DNA of 64,000 nucleotides. It comes from Tubulanus polymorphus. Taxonomy: Eukaryota; Animalia; Nemertea. Shown here piece by piece: positions 26,591 through 39,427 of this stretch. The DNA lies in contig NC_134035.1 of the NCBI RefSeq assembly GCF_964204645.1, positions 4,030,001 to 4,094,000 of the forward strand. The letters run 5' to 3'. Made by a program: the position numbers and the translations under genes. Positions within the stretch are counted from its first letter, which is position 1. Every line of letters starts with the position of its first letter. The notes beneath the pieces were generated by a model. The model was not told the origin of the DNA and did not search any database. It saw nothing but the letters and a program-made list of their open reading frames with translations.

Positions 26591-27526
26591 TTACAAAACG
26601 ACCCAGGCCACTAGTAGAAACAAGGTATCATTTTGATTATCTAGCTTTATAATCTCAAGAGCAATTAATTCCATCATCTTACTGACATTTCTTTGTAACG
26701 AGTTAATCATGTCTATGATTTCGGCGTCGTGGCTTGCTGGAAGAATGGCGAACGCCGGGAACCGCGGCCAGAAATGCCTGATCTCCATCGAAAAACCGAT
26801 CTCGCCGTCTATTTCCAGTCTCGACCTGTCTGTAGGCGCGATCAACTGCGACAGGTTACTGCGCGATCGGCGAGACTCGACGACCCGCCGCACGAATCTA
26901 CGATCGCCTACGTGCTGTTGAATCCGCGACCAGAACGACCCGATGCAACGTTCACCCTCAATCGCCCGACGCGGCGGCAAGTTCGTCGAATCTTCAGCTT
27001 CGAAGTTTCGCACTCGCACGACACTGTCCGCGTCTACGATTTCGTCGAACATGCTGATACTGAACAGTTCCCGCGACACGATGTCGTCCAAACTGTCTAA
27101 AGACTCCATCAGCATTTCGATTTCAGAATCCAACCAATCTTCGCTGATTACCGGATTCGCTAACGCCGAGAAGTCTTCGAATTCGTGGTCGCTACCGGTC
27201 GGAAAATTGGCCACAATCTGATCGGAAAATCTATCTAAGGACGGCGAAGAAGACGATTGTTGAAGAGGGATGTCTTCAGTTGGTAGCGCGTAGTCTCTGA
27301 ACTCGGCCACGACCGGGATGACATTTCTAAACTGCACGGCTTCCTCAATGCACGGTATGACAGGTGTCGAACCTACATCATCAGTCGTATCTCGTTCTTC
27401 ACCTGGAGAGTCCATATTCTCCTCAGTGACATCACCATCAGTGTACTCCTCATGAGAATGGACTTGTCCGTTGTATCGGTTATCATCTACATCTTGTAGA
27501 TTATCCTCAACGCTACGATCATCCAT
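26591..27526 (-). CDS. Orphan acidic protein, single long ORF (first ATG 27526; frame open from 27637)
   Basis: 348-codon open frame, CpG-rich relative to its flanks, with a D/E-rich N-terminal half. No recognised domain. Confidence 0.6.
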   Translation of the reverse strand: MDDRSVEDNLQDVDDNRYNGQVHSHEEYTDGDVTEENMDSPGEERDTTDDVGSTPVIPCIEEAVQFRNVIPVVAEFRDYALPTEDIPLQQSSSSPSLDRFSDQIVANFPTGSDHEFEDFSALANPVISEDWLDSEIEMLMESLDSLDDIVSRELFSISMFDEIVDADSVVRVRNFEAEDSTNLPPRRAIEGERCIGSFWSRIQQHVGDRRFVRRVVESRRSRSNLSQLIAPTDRSRLEIDGEIGFSMEIRHFWPRFPAFAILPASHDAEIIDMINSLQRNVSKMMELIALEIIKLDNQNDTLFLLVAWVVL

Positions 27527-28013
27527 CGCGCTTATTAGGTTATCATCATGTTTATACACGTGAGAGGCCTCGTGGATTGTCGATCCGGTCCTGGCAACAG
27601 TTTCCAGCCAATGCAACCATAGATACCGTGTACACAATCATGGTTTCCATAGAACAAGCGACTGATTGTACAGCCTGAGGCCAGTGTTCAAAAAATGTTT
27701 AAAGATACCGGCGAATAAATAACAAAGTAACAATCGTGCAGGAATCCCTGTTAGTGCTAACCGTGGTTAGTAAACTATAGTTAGGCATAAATGGGCGCAG
27801 GAAAACGCTGTTAGCTAATCATTGTCTTCATGCGGCCTCTTATTTCAAGCTGGTTAGCCTAACCACGGATAAGCCACTAACCACGGTTAGGCTAACAGGG
27901 TTTTCCTGCGCCCGCCCCTGGTTATCACTCATGGTTTCCAGCTAGCTTTTTCCCACTGCCACAAGAAACAGACTGGCCGAAATCACTCGTGAAAACCAAG
28001 CTTAATTCAAGTG

Positions 28014-28171
28014 AAGAAAAACACACAATATGAAGAAAGACTAAGAGAGTATTTGACGTTTTGACTCAATTCTATTTTTCTAGCTTCTTAGAATAGCCTG
28101 CAGTCTAGAATCGAGTCAAAAAATGAAATATCATACTCCCATAGTTTTTCTACGTATTGTGGGTTTTTCTT
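28014..28171. repeat. Imperfect ~60-bp-arm inverted repeat, possibly a Penelope inverted-terminus relic
   Basis: aagaaaaacacacaatatgaagaaagactaagagagtat..ttgactcaattcta versus its inverse tagaatcgagtcaaaa..atactcccatagtttttctacgtattgtgggtttttctt. Confidence 0.65.
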
Positions 28172-28740
28172 TGATGGAAACATCAATCCATGCAGATTGA
28201 CATTACCCATCAAACGCTGAACACTGAGAGACCATACAGTATTACAGTATATACCATTTGAAATATTTGATTATCTACATATACTTAAGGAATAGATTCC
28301 AATAATACCAACTAATTGGATAGATTTTTTTTAACGTTTAATCGTTCATTGGTAATAAAAAAACATCACATTTTACATAATTGTTATTTTCGCGACGATA
28401 AGCTTTAGTAAGTTTATCGAACGCGAGAATTTGAAGCGTGCAAAAACATTTCAATTACAAGCCCATATTTCAAGTTCTACGCGAAATAGTTCTACCTTCT
28501 GGCTCCCGGCTAGATCAAGTAAACCGCTAGCGACAGTATAGAAATTTTCATTCCATAGGAAGAAATCGTAAGTAGACGACTACAGGCGGTCCTTTGCTCA
28601 TCATCTATAACCAGTACCTGATACACAACCCTGACCACATTTATATCTGGCATTTGAAATTAAGAGGTATTTTTTGCGGGTAACCTTTCTGGTAATACAA
28701 ACATTGCATGATGAAGACTTCATATATATATGGGTATTAT

Positions 28741-28909
28741 AGGGATCATTCATTTATTAACTACGCACAAAATTCGAATTTTTTCGACCCCCCTCACCTC
28801 TTGTGCGCAAAATCGGCCATTTTTTCATATACGTTTAACATTACAGTACGCAATTGAACTTACCCCTCCCCTTCCCCTAATACATATGCGTAATAAATGA
28901 GTGACCCCT
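28741..28909. mobile_element. MITE with 3-bp TSD (Zator/Harbinger-like)
   Basis: TIR AGGGATCATTCATTT / AAATGAGTGACCCCT; TSD TAT/TAT. Confidence 0.7.
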
Positions 28910-29428
28910 TATAGAATGTACCTCGTCCCTATTGCATCGAATTCCTGCTACTTTGAGAGGCTTCCCGACACAGAGAGCTTTTTGGAATACATATATAATA
29001 TTACGAATTGAGACATTAACATAATAATCACATCATAAAATAATTAATAATGATAACAATGAAGATTATTGCACAACGCAAAGTAATTAGTGTATTTTTG
29101 TTAAAAAAAAGCTTCAGGGCCCAGTCATACAGTTGTGAATGCCAATGAATCGTTTTTCAATCTCCGAGTTGAAAGTATTGTAACTCACAACTGTTGAACT
29201 GGTTGACTCTAAGCCGCCGTCAATCATAAGTACCATATTTTCGTTAAATATTTTTGCTGCTTAATCAAAATATATAATCATATTGCTACGTGAACTGTAT
29301 GAATACTATAAAACATCGAGATGAGACTGGTTAAAAAACATTCAAATAATGAAACAAAAAACAGGACAACACAAAAAACTGCTAAGACATTAATTTCATA
29401 CATAATCAAAACAAAGGTCGGAATATCT

Positions 29429-29854
29429 CATCCCCCGCGGCAGGGATTTACGGTAATCCTGATGGCATCGTTAGACTCGGCCAATGCCCAACTAGTCCGG
29501 GCATGCAGGTTTACCGCAAGAAAACTTGCGGCACCAATCAGATTGCCTTAGTATAATCGCCGAGACCGATAAACTATTATTAGAAAAACTCGGACTAAAA
29601 TAAAACAGGGGCCGGTTTTATAGACTGGTATTACCTGTAACCCGGGGGCTAAATCAATTGATAATGAATTGAGTTAGCCCTTGGGTTAAAGGTAGTACCA
29701 GTCTATAGAACCGGGCCCAGGATTTCCGTTTCGCTATTATTAATGACATCATCTAAGCTGCGCATGTAGCTGCACACCCGGTCTAGTGTGGTGGGGTTTC
29801 GTACTGTGGCGAGTCTCGATGTCATCGGGTTCGAATCCATGCCGTGGGAGGATG
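29429..29854. mobile_element. Second (inverted) copy of the 3276 MITE family, with a nested CWG MITE at 29609-29717
   Basis: CATCC...GGATG ends; the internal sequence is the reverse complement of ~3360-3510. The nested element GGGCCGGTTTTATAGACTGG...CCAGTCTATAGAACCGGGCC has a CAG/CAG TSD. Confidence 0.8.
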
Positions 29855-30067
29855 TAGTATCTAAGAATTAATACAAAACTTTAACTCTTGAACAAGCATT
29901 CGACTTGGCAATCGAAATTTGCCAAGTCATTCGTTTAGTCCCTCTCAACAAGCCTTTCATTCAGGGAAATGGTCCCGACTTTTTACAATTTTACAAACTT
30001 TCCCAAGCATTACCGTCGTAATACAATGTACTGCGTATAGAAAAATATTCATCTAAAAACAACAGCA

Positions 30068-33000
30068 TCACGCCAGCAAACTCGACGTTTCTAAAGGTCC
30101 GTGCGAACCGGTGAAAATCGGCCGTTCGTCCAAATGCGCGACGAACAAATGCATGTCGACTTTCAATCGCATTTTCTGGAAATCTCGGATGTACGTGAAG
30201 AAATACAAGACGAAACTGAACGCCATCACCCACTCGGACATCGTGCTCACTATATGCGCCTCGAAACCCTACAAAAACAATTCACATTTTCATCTACGGT
30301 AAATATCTGAGATCATAACCGTTCAGGGGTGGATCCACGGGCAGACTTTGACAACAGCGCAATACAAGAAAAGCGCATATATACTGCGAAAGGGCAATTA
30401 ACGGCGCAAAGCAAACGCCAAGCCAAAATGGGCCGGGATTATTTCACAAAACAATTCACATTTTCATATAGACATCTGAGCTTATGACCAGTCACGCACA
30501 CTCTTTGACATGAGCGCAAAGACAAGGGCATACTACGAAAGGGCAAGAAATGATGTAAAGCAAACGCAAAGCCAAATGGGCCAGGATTATTTCACAAAAT
30601 CTTAGTAACTTTGGTGAGATTCAACAAATTAGAAGCTAAATGACGGGCAGTGTACTGCTGTTCTATTAGAAGTTGCTGGTGGAAAATTTGTCATTCGTTT
30701 TCCGATGGGCATGATGGTAAATTGCTGCGGAAGTGCACAAGCTCTTAGTGCTCCCGTCAGGAGCCGCCCCTACCGGTGACAAGTTTGACAGTTGATATAC
30801 TTACAGGGTCAGACGGTTTCCAGTGTATCTTCGTGTGGTCTTTCGGTGGATTATCACTCCACAGTTCACGCGATATCACAGCCGATATGAAAGCTACAAA
30901 CACTACGGTCAAGGTACATAGACACAATTTGGTACACGTAGAAGATTTCCTTTACCATGGTTCCTACAGAACCATCGATATGAAATTTGAGGGGTATTTG
31001 AGGGGCTTTTGGGGGTACGATCACCAAATTTGAGGGTCATTTTTCACGACGGAAACCTAATTGATACAGTAATCAACTGTAAAAAACAGTACCAGTAGAA
31101 TACTTGGCATACTTATCAGCCCATACCAAGCAAAATACATTGAGGCACCTATGAGTAACCTTATTAAATTCAACTATATTCGATACTAAATTCAATTTCC
31201 TGTTGACTTTGTTTTGAGTGAAAGAACTCATCTACGGTCGGAGGCCACTCACGACTGAAGAGCCTTCTTTCCACGATAAGCTGCCAGAAAACTTTCTGTC
31301 TGGAAACGTAGGCTTATTAAAAATTTGCTAAGGTGAACGAAAGGGCCGAACTTGGCTGTAACTAATCATTTAACTATACTATTACTATTATTACTGAGGT
31401 TAATTCTGGCGGGATATTTGTGCGCTGGGCCACAGTAAATACCTTCCGAATGGTCATGAACTACCGTACATTCATTTAGTAAGTTAGTATGAAGAATCCA
31501 ATGTGTCAACACTTATACTTTCTCAAGCTCCCAGTCTGACTCGGCCTATAGCTGGTCAACAGTTATTGCGATTCACAACGCCGGTTTTACAAGTTACCAC
31601 AATCAACTTCAATTACTACTACTATTACTTCTACAAGTGCAGATAAAAGGATACCAGATGTCATACTTATTAAACCGATAATGCCGACCGTCAATCGTAT
31701 TCGAGCGATCAGTATACCGTTACAGCTCGGGTACATCTTATATGACAGCGACGCCTGCGTCAACATATAACCAACACCGAGCACGAACACCAACGAAGCA
31801 CCGCTTAGATGTACAGGCTCTATGTTACTTTCCTTCAAAGTAAAGAAGAAAAAATTGAGGTCGTTTTAAACATGGACACATAGATTTTATAGCTAATGGC
31901 TAGGTCCAAAACCTTTATGTGACTTAAGCAGACAATTTTCAAGCTTCAGGAATTCGACTGCAGTCAAATGTATGAAGCTTATTCATACAGGAAGAAGGGT
32001 TGTTTGAAACATAGCGGGGCCCTGGTTTTTAAGTTGCTAGTCCTATACAGTTAGCACCAAGAGGTCCCTGGCGTTGGCTGTCAAGACACATGGATAAAGC
32101 GCTCTGCTAACTTAGACAGGCTGCGAGTCATAACATATAACGAAAAGGCCCTGGCCGTCTCTCAAGATCCACTTAGGGTTACACCATTACTTAAAGTTGG
32201 AACGTAAAACTCTACTAAACTAAACTTGAATGGTTAAATAGTTTCGTTGGTATCTACCTGGAAATTGGCGACTATCGACAGCCCCAGAGACGAGATGCAA
32301 CCGAGCACGAGGCTCGTCTTGTTGAGAATGTGCGACGTTCTGTCTAAATTATCACGAAACGCTGCGATTAATTTGTACCGGATACAAACACAAACAAACG
32401 CTGAAAGAGATCATACGAAATTATATGATGAATTTGACGATATTCAGAAAGTCACGATAGTTTTTCTAGAGGACGACGTAAAACATGTGATAATATCGCT
32501 TAATTCGGTAAGTTGGTAGCTGATCATACTATCAGACCAGACTTCACATGATATTTCTTATAGCAGTAGTTTTCACAAAAAATGAGAGTAATTTGATATA
32601 GAAAAATAGTACTTTGATAAAAAATTCGGGGAATTATTCTGATTTTGTGAGTGTTTTGAATTGATATTCTTGAGAGTAATGCAGCTCTTAAAAGAGTAGA
32701 AACTACTCTAAAAATAAATAGTAGTTGTTCATCACAATTAAGGCAAAATTTTAGGAAAAATTGACTGCACAACTTTTGAAACACAGAACTTACACAAAAA
32801 CGCCGACATATTTAAAAACTGGCCGAATATACAACTTTCAGGGGACGTCGTTCCGGTATCACTGAAGTGAAAAATATAATCATTTCATTACTGGTCTGGA
32901 AGTAGACTCCTAACTTGAATAGTAAACCACTGAAGTGAATTTCACTAAAGTGTAGTTGGAAGAACTATCATTTTCCCTGATTCTCAGCTCGGTATCAGGG

Positions 33001-33443
33001 AAAAGTAAAACGCCCGGTACTCAAGCCCAACCCGCACAAAGCAGGGAAACACATAAACGTGGAATCAAATATATTGTTTGGTCTCAAAAACATTGCTTCT
33101 CAAAACCAGGTTTCTTGAAAATGCTGACGATACAGGGAATCACTCAGAAATATTTCCAATCTATGTCTCCTGTTTCAGTGTTGCCCTGCGTCGTTTGTGC
33201 TGGGCTTCCCACTCCCAACATTAACAAATCAGGCGCAGTTTACAATGTATCATAGAAATAATACATGTATTGATTATATCTCTGGTTACTTTCAAAGACT
33301 TACCTAATGTAAGGGAAATACGGCTCGACATGACCTAGCGAAACAGCTATTGTGTATGAACCGATGAATGTTGCGCAAGATACGATTCCCAGAGCAATTG
33401 GGAACCAACTGAGATTAGGGACGCATTGACAACAACGTGGCAT
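30068..33443 (-). CDS. DRAM: DNA damage-regulated autophagy modulator (DRAM1/2, Frag1/DRAM/Sfk1 family)
   Basis: Exons 33443-33304, 32861-32794, 32400-32258, 31832-31655, 30893-30805 and 30268-30068. Motifs include FPYISDTGTTSPESCIFGQFLN, SIVANFQE, VHLSGA and STMSEWVMAFSF..FFTYIRDFQK. Phases are consistent. Confidence 0.95.
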
Positions 33444-35879
33444 TGTGAATCGTTTAGGCTGAAATGAAAAAAAAAATATATGCTTAGTCTTGATTCATTC
33501 CAGGGTGGCTTGAAACATTAATGTCGCTTTAAAGGTTTGTTTCTGTCAGAAAGTCTAAACAAGGTTCATGTACAGTATTTGTAATCTTCAATTTTCAATA
33601 TCTTTTCCAGGGCCAAATTTCTGCTAGACTAAACAAGGTATGAGCTCATACTCGCTAAGGCAGAATTGAAATGTCACTATAACAAATACTAGGCCTTGTA
33701 CTAAAACCACAAGAAAAAAATTATCAATGTCCACATTTCTAAAATTCCATAAATTTTTCATAGCTTCCAACACGAAACTAGAAATTTTTCCGGGACTTTC
33801 AGGATCAGTATCTGTCTAAAACTGGCAAATAAACTCAATATCGGTGAAACATGGTCGAACAGCTTGGAAATTCCAGTAAGCATCACCCTTCCACACAGAT
33901 CAAGGTCATTTCAAATTCTTCCGCCTTTACCCGGTAAAACGTAATATTTAAAATCAACCTAACGTGATATTTCAAACCAACTCTTTACAGAGGAACTAAC
34001 GTATCTTTTTCCAAAACTTACATTAGGTTTCTCTACTATAGCTAACCCTCTAGTTAGATCATCCATTCGTATTCATACAATACACAACGATCCATTCATT
34101 CATCGAAGGCAATACTTGAACGCGAACCGCGTATTGTACAGTTAGGTTATCTCTAATTTACTGATAAACGGAAGAAGGTTCTCGGGTCCTTTAATCGACA
34201 ATGACGCTCCAATTTGTGACCTCATCATGTTCTTTGACCCTATCAGGGTATGAGATAAGACATTTACCCGTACAATGGCTAAAACGGGATGTTCGTCATA
34301 TTCTCGTGAGGTAATGACACAAATTAGTAACTGTCACAATCTCATGATTTCAGGAGTGACTGCATTACATTCTTGCCCATCCATGTTCAAAATATAGGAA
34401 AACTACAAGAATTCTTATGACTCTTACAAGTGACTCCCATATCCACTTATATGCACTGGAACCTGATTCAATGGTTGTGAGTTAGATATAATTCTGAGTA
34501 AAATCAGTTCCTTATATGATTAAGTCTAGTATGAAATACTAGATCACAAGTATCCAATCAAAAACTGCCATGTTGCATATAAATGACTTTTGAACAATGA
34601 CAATGCTAAAATTATACTATTCACGCTCGGCAACTAATAATTACGTAATCGGGTTTCAGATTTTCTAAATTCTTTCAGGTTAATGAAGAAAAATTTGTTT
34701 ATTTGAAATTCATTTGAAGAGTTTATTGCTTAATTATGAGGATGTCCATGAACTAACCGTAGTTATCGACCTGTCTGTGGTTTAATTTCACTATCAGATA
34801 TCGTCACAAACCCCATTACTATAAGCCCACTGATTATCAAAGCATACCACCAATAATGATTATCGGTAACTAACTCAACCCCGAAACCTAATCTATACTA
34901 GCATACCGCTAGAAAGAACGTGATTTAAACTGAAGTTTTACCCCTATTACGATGCTATACTTTGTTAATAATAGGCGATCTAACAATATTTTAACATACT
35001 TACATGATGAAAAGACCAAAAACCGTATGGATTATGATTAAAAACAACACACCCCTGCTGATAATACCTCGCTAATTTTGCTAGCTTTTCACGCGAGCTA
35101 AACTAGATTATAATCTTATTACGTCCAGACTAGGACTAGACAAAGAAAAACGTCCGAAAATATAGGACAATAAATAAATATAAAGCAATAAATAACTGTC
35201 AAGTTTTATTCGGTGAATTCCGGTAGTACACGGTAAGGCTAAATACAGTCTGGGTAATTGGGATTCCCCTGAAAACTTATCAATTAAGTCACGCGAAAAT
35301 GAATCACTGTCCTATCTATTTACCTCGTAATTCTCCGAATTTATCCCTGAATAGTTCTTCATTTCCTGGTTTTGTCCATGGGCGCAGCCATATTGTTTTG
35401 GTTCGTGAGAAAATGAAATTTACCTTACGAAACCACACGACACTTAATTTTCTCTTAGACTCCTATCATTAGCACATCGATTCTATCTGGTCAGTGAATC
35501 TACAATTTAACATCAAATGATAAGAAATTAAGTTGAAAAACCTACCAATTGTGGGTTTCCTCGTCGTAGCCACAAATGCATCGTTTCGATAGCCGAGTAT
35601 ACATTTCGTACAAACAGCAAAACAGGTGCCCTTAGGCCTTTACCTATTCACTGGTCGCCGCTTTCATATACAATAAAATGATTTTGTTGTCCATTCTGGT
35701 CGCTTAAGAACAAAAAATTACAAAACGAATTTAAAGTAGGTAAATTAGGCTCACCATGATAGTGATGTGGACTTACCACCCGTGAATAACATTTTACTTA
35801 GTTTAGATATCCCCTTTTCCAAGTAACAAACACATTTTATTTGATTTTTGAAGCGGCAACCAGTCAATCTGAACTGGCA

Positions 35880-35940
35880 GGCTAGTTCCCGGAAGTTTTC
35901 GTGTTGAATGGAATGGGAAAACCCAGAATTACTTCCGGAT
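35880..35940. promoter_or_regulatory. Pair of inverted ETS/GABP-type motifs (CCGGAAGT ... ACTTCCGG) upstream of DRAM
   Basis: Motifs at ~35889 and ~35931, next to candidate DRAM 5'-UTR donors (~35750-35780) and a YY1-like GCCATATT at ~35388. Function is inferred. Confidence 0.4.
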
Positions 35941-36632
35941 TCTTGAAACTGGAATGTAGGTTAATGCGCCTTTTTATCTGTGTTTATTTCTCTTATCTAT
36001 TGCCCGCTGATTATGTTTAATGAATGGTTACGAGTCGAGTTGCATATGAGCTATCCACGTTCCCCTCTCGACCCGTTACTCTCTCGACCCGTTCCCGTCT
36101 CGACCCTACCGTACGATAGCGCCACCACAGTCGATTATTTGAACCATAACACTTGCGCGTATCGGATTCGGTTTTCACAGAACGATCAGTGACACTTCCC
36201 AACAATTTTTAGAACTTGATTAGATTCTTTAAACTTTTGATTGAAAAGATCGAATGAGGAAATCACCTCCAATGTGAAGAAAAGTAAAAATTCAGGATGC
36301 GAAAAACAATTTCCCGTCGAAATTTCCTCCCAGAATCTGGGAAGAATATATTCACTGTTTAAAAGCTTTACACTAATTTCAAATGAATTACACGAGTTGA
36401 ATTATTTTGGTTTCTTAGAAATAAAATCAACTTTATTTAAATCCTTCAAACCATGTTCCTAAAAACGACCCAGCCCGCGGCATTTTAATTGGGACATGTT
36501 TCATTGTGCCATTTATCAATTCAAATGTAATTCATCAAATTTATGAAAAAAAAATTATTGTATAAATTTTGCAAAAAAATTAAGATCTTGTTCAATTTTA
36601 TGACGCGTTGATTTCTAGATCACGTTGTTCCC

Positions 36633-37665
36633 CACACCATGTTCCCGTCTCGACCCTTCAAATCTGGCTCTACTCTCTACACAGTCCCGTGGACCCTATG
36701 TTCCCGTCTCGACCCTTCACATCTGTCTCCACTCTCTACACAGTCCTGTGGACCCTATGTTCCCGTCTCGACCCTTCACACCTGTCTCTACTCTCTACAC
36801 AGTCCCGTGGACACCATGTTCCCGTCTCGACCCTTCTAACCTGTCTCTAGTCTCTACACAGTCCCCTGGACACCATGTTCCCGTCTCGACCCTTTAAACC
36901 TGTCTCTACTCTCTACACAGTCCCGTGGACACCATGTTCCCGTCTCGACCCTTCAAAACTGTCTCTAGTCTCTACACAGTCCCGTGGACACCATGTTCCC
37001 GTCTCGACCCTTCAAATCTGTCTCTACTCTCTACACAGTCCCGTAGACACCATGTTCCCGTCTCGACCCTTCACACCTGTCTCTACTCTCTACACAGTCC
37101 CGTGGACACCATGTTCCCGTCTCGACCCTTCTAACCTGTCTCTAGTCTCTACACAGTCCCCTGGACACCATGTTCCCGTCTCGACCCTTCACACCTGTCT
37201 CTACTCTCTACACAGTCCCGTGGACACCATGTTCCCGTCTCGACCCTTCTAACCTGTCTCTAGTCTCTACACAGTCCCCTGGACACCATGTTGCCGTCTC
37301 GACCCTTTAAACCTGTCTCTACTCTCTACACAGTCCCGTGGACACCATGTTCCCGTCTCGACCCTTCAAAACTGTCTCTAGTCTCTACACAGTCCCGTGG
37401 ACACCATGTTCCCGTCTCGACCCTTCAAATCTGTCTCTACTCTCTACACAGTCCCGTAGACACCATGTTCCCGTCTCGACCCTTCACACCTGTCTCTACT
37501 CTCTACACAGTCCCGTGGACACCATGTTCCCGTCTCGACCCTTCAAAACTGTCTCTAGTCTCTACACAGTCCCGTAGACACCATGTTCCCGTCTCGACCC
37601 TTCAAAACTGTCTCTAGTCTCTACACAGTCCCGTAGACACCATGTTCCCGTCTCGACCCTTCACA
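36633..37665 (+). repeat. 59-bp tandem array, ~17 units (left arm)
   Basis: Unit CACCATGTTCCCGTCTCGACCCTTCAnAyCTGTCTCTAsTCTCTACACAGTCCCGTGGA. Confidence 0.97.
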
Positions 37666-39427
37666 TCCGTTTCTAGACAGTTTCTGGGATACTCTGACAT
37701 ATCTAATCGGCTTGTAATATTTCCACTCAGTGGGACGAGCCTTTAAAAAAGATGGAAATTAATATTAAAATTGGTCGAATATTCATTGATTAAAAAGATG
37801 AGAAATCTACAAAATCGATGCCGACGGACTGAATATTGATACATGTATACATAAGGAAAATTTCTACAATTTTCAATCAAACTCAGTGAAATTTTCAGGA
37901 ATATGCACCATACACATTACAATGAAAACTCATTAGAACGAACTCAAAGAACCAGAAGATTACAACCGACATTGTCCTAATAGTCGAAATTCTAGATTTT
38001 TGATAATCGATAATTCGGTAGGTATATCAGAAGTATAACTAGGCTACAATGTTCCTTGGCTGAATCCCATGGTCTTCAATACGAAAGGCTTTCATTCTCA
38101 TCTTAATTTTCTTTTTTTTTGACGCCTTATAAAACGTTACCATTATGAAACCTAAACAATGCTAACCATTCAGCGTCATTTTACAAACGACAGCCGTAAA
38201 TCGATGTGCAAAACGTCACAGGTTTATGTGTACACAAACAAGCTATCTGGCAAAATATTATTGACATAGATGTAGAATGGCTTCCTGTGATTATATAATG
38301 ACCTATATTTGAACGTCGAAATGTTATATTGCATTAAATATCATTAGAAGACGTATTGTAAAAGTAAAGGATGTATGATTATATCAGAAGCGGCAGGCAT
38401 AAATAGAAATGATAAGTAAATCGGATTATTCGGTTAAATGGCGGATGTATACACGATGCAGAAGTCTGATATAAAAGTCGGACCCTGACGTGGGCATGCC
38501 GGTGGAATGACGAAGCTATCTACGATGTGTGTAGGGCCGGCGTGAATTTCATCAGCGGCTACAAGCGGTCAATATGAAAATGTGTAAACATATAATTTCA
38601 ATATTCAATCGTTTGTGAAAATATGTTTGATATTAGGAGTATGCAAGTTTCGTGAGATTAGCAATTTATAATAGCATAGCTGTCATATACGGCTCCGCGT
38701 CCTCTGATGGCATGTGTATTAGGTGACAATTCAATTCAATTCTTTATTGATCCTTATTACATTGAAATTCCGGGATAAAATTCCCAAATTCAATAAATAC
38801 AAATTTTGAAATAAATTAATACAACATACATGACACACGGGTAATTCATACAGAACAACATAAGCATGTTATTTTAAATGACAATGTCTACTTCAACCCA
38901 CCCAGACTCAAGACTCTAGGATATCGAGTGACAGCCAAACCCGTGGCCCGGGCCCGGGGACCGGGCCGGCTGGCTAGGCCACACGATATGCTCGAAGTCA
39001 TGATGAAGCAGACATCAGAAGAGCTCTTTCTTCATCCATGGAGGCAATGAAGTTGCAGACCAGCTTAGAGGCATAAGTAAATGAAGTCGGTCGCAAGTTC
39101 GCGATCAATTATTGAGAATTTTCAATAAAAAAATTTAAACCACTACTAGAGTCGAAGACCTGTATCATCTACCCAATCGCCAAATCTCATCATTCCCCAA
39201 ATTTCTTAAAACTTCGATTTCAAATTTGCAATTCCACATTAGCTTAGCCCAGAAATTCTACACTTTTTTCTCAGGCGTCAAATAATTTTCTAAAATTAAT
39301 TTTCTTGTTTCTGCCTGTTGTAGCCCGACAAATCGTGAATGACAAATCATTACTTATATCGAAATATCTTGATACAAGATACGTAACACCATCTTAATGG
39401 CTTCACTAAACCTGTGTCCACTAAAAA

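Noticed and set aside
37680-39410. Sola transposase in the element core
   Set aside because: Only short stop-riddled frames were found, with no DDD motif recognisable.
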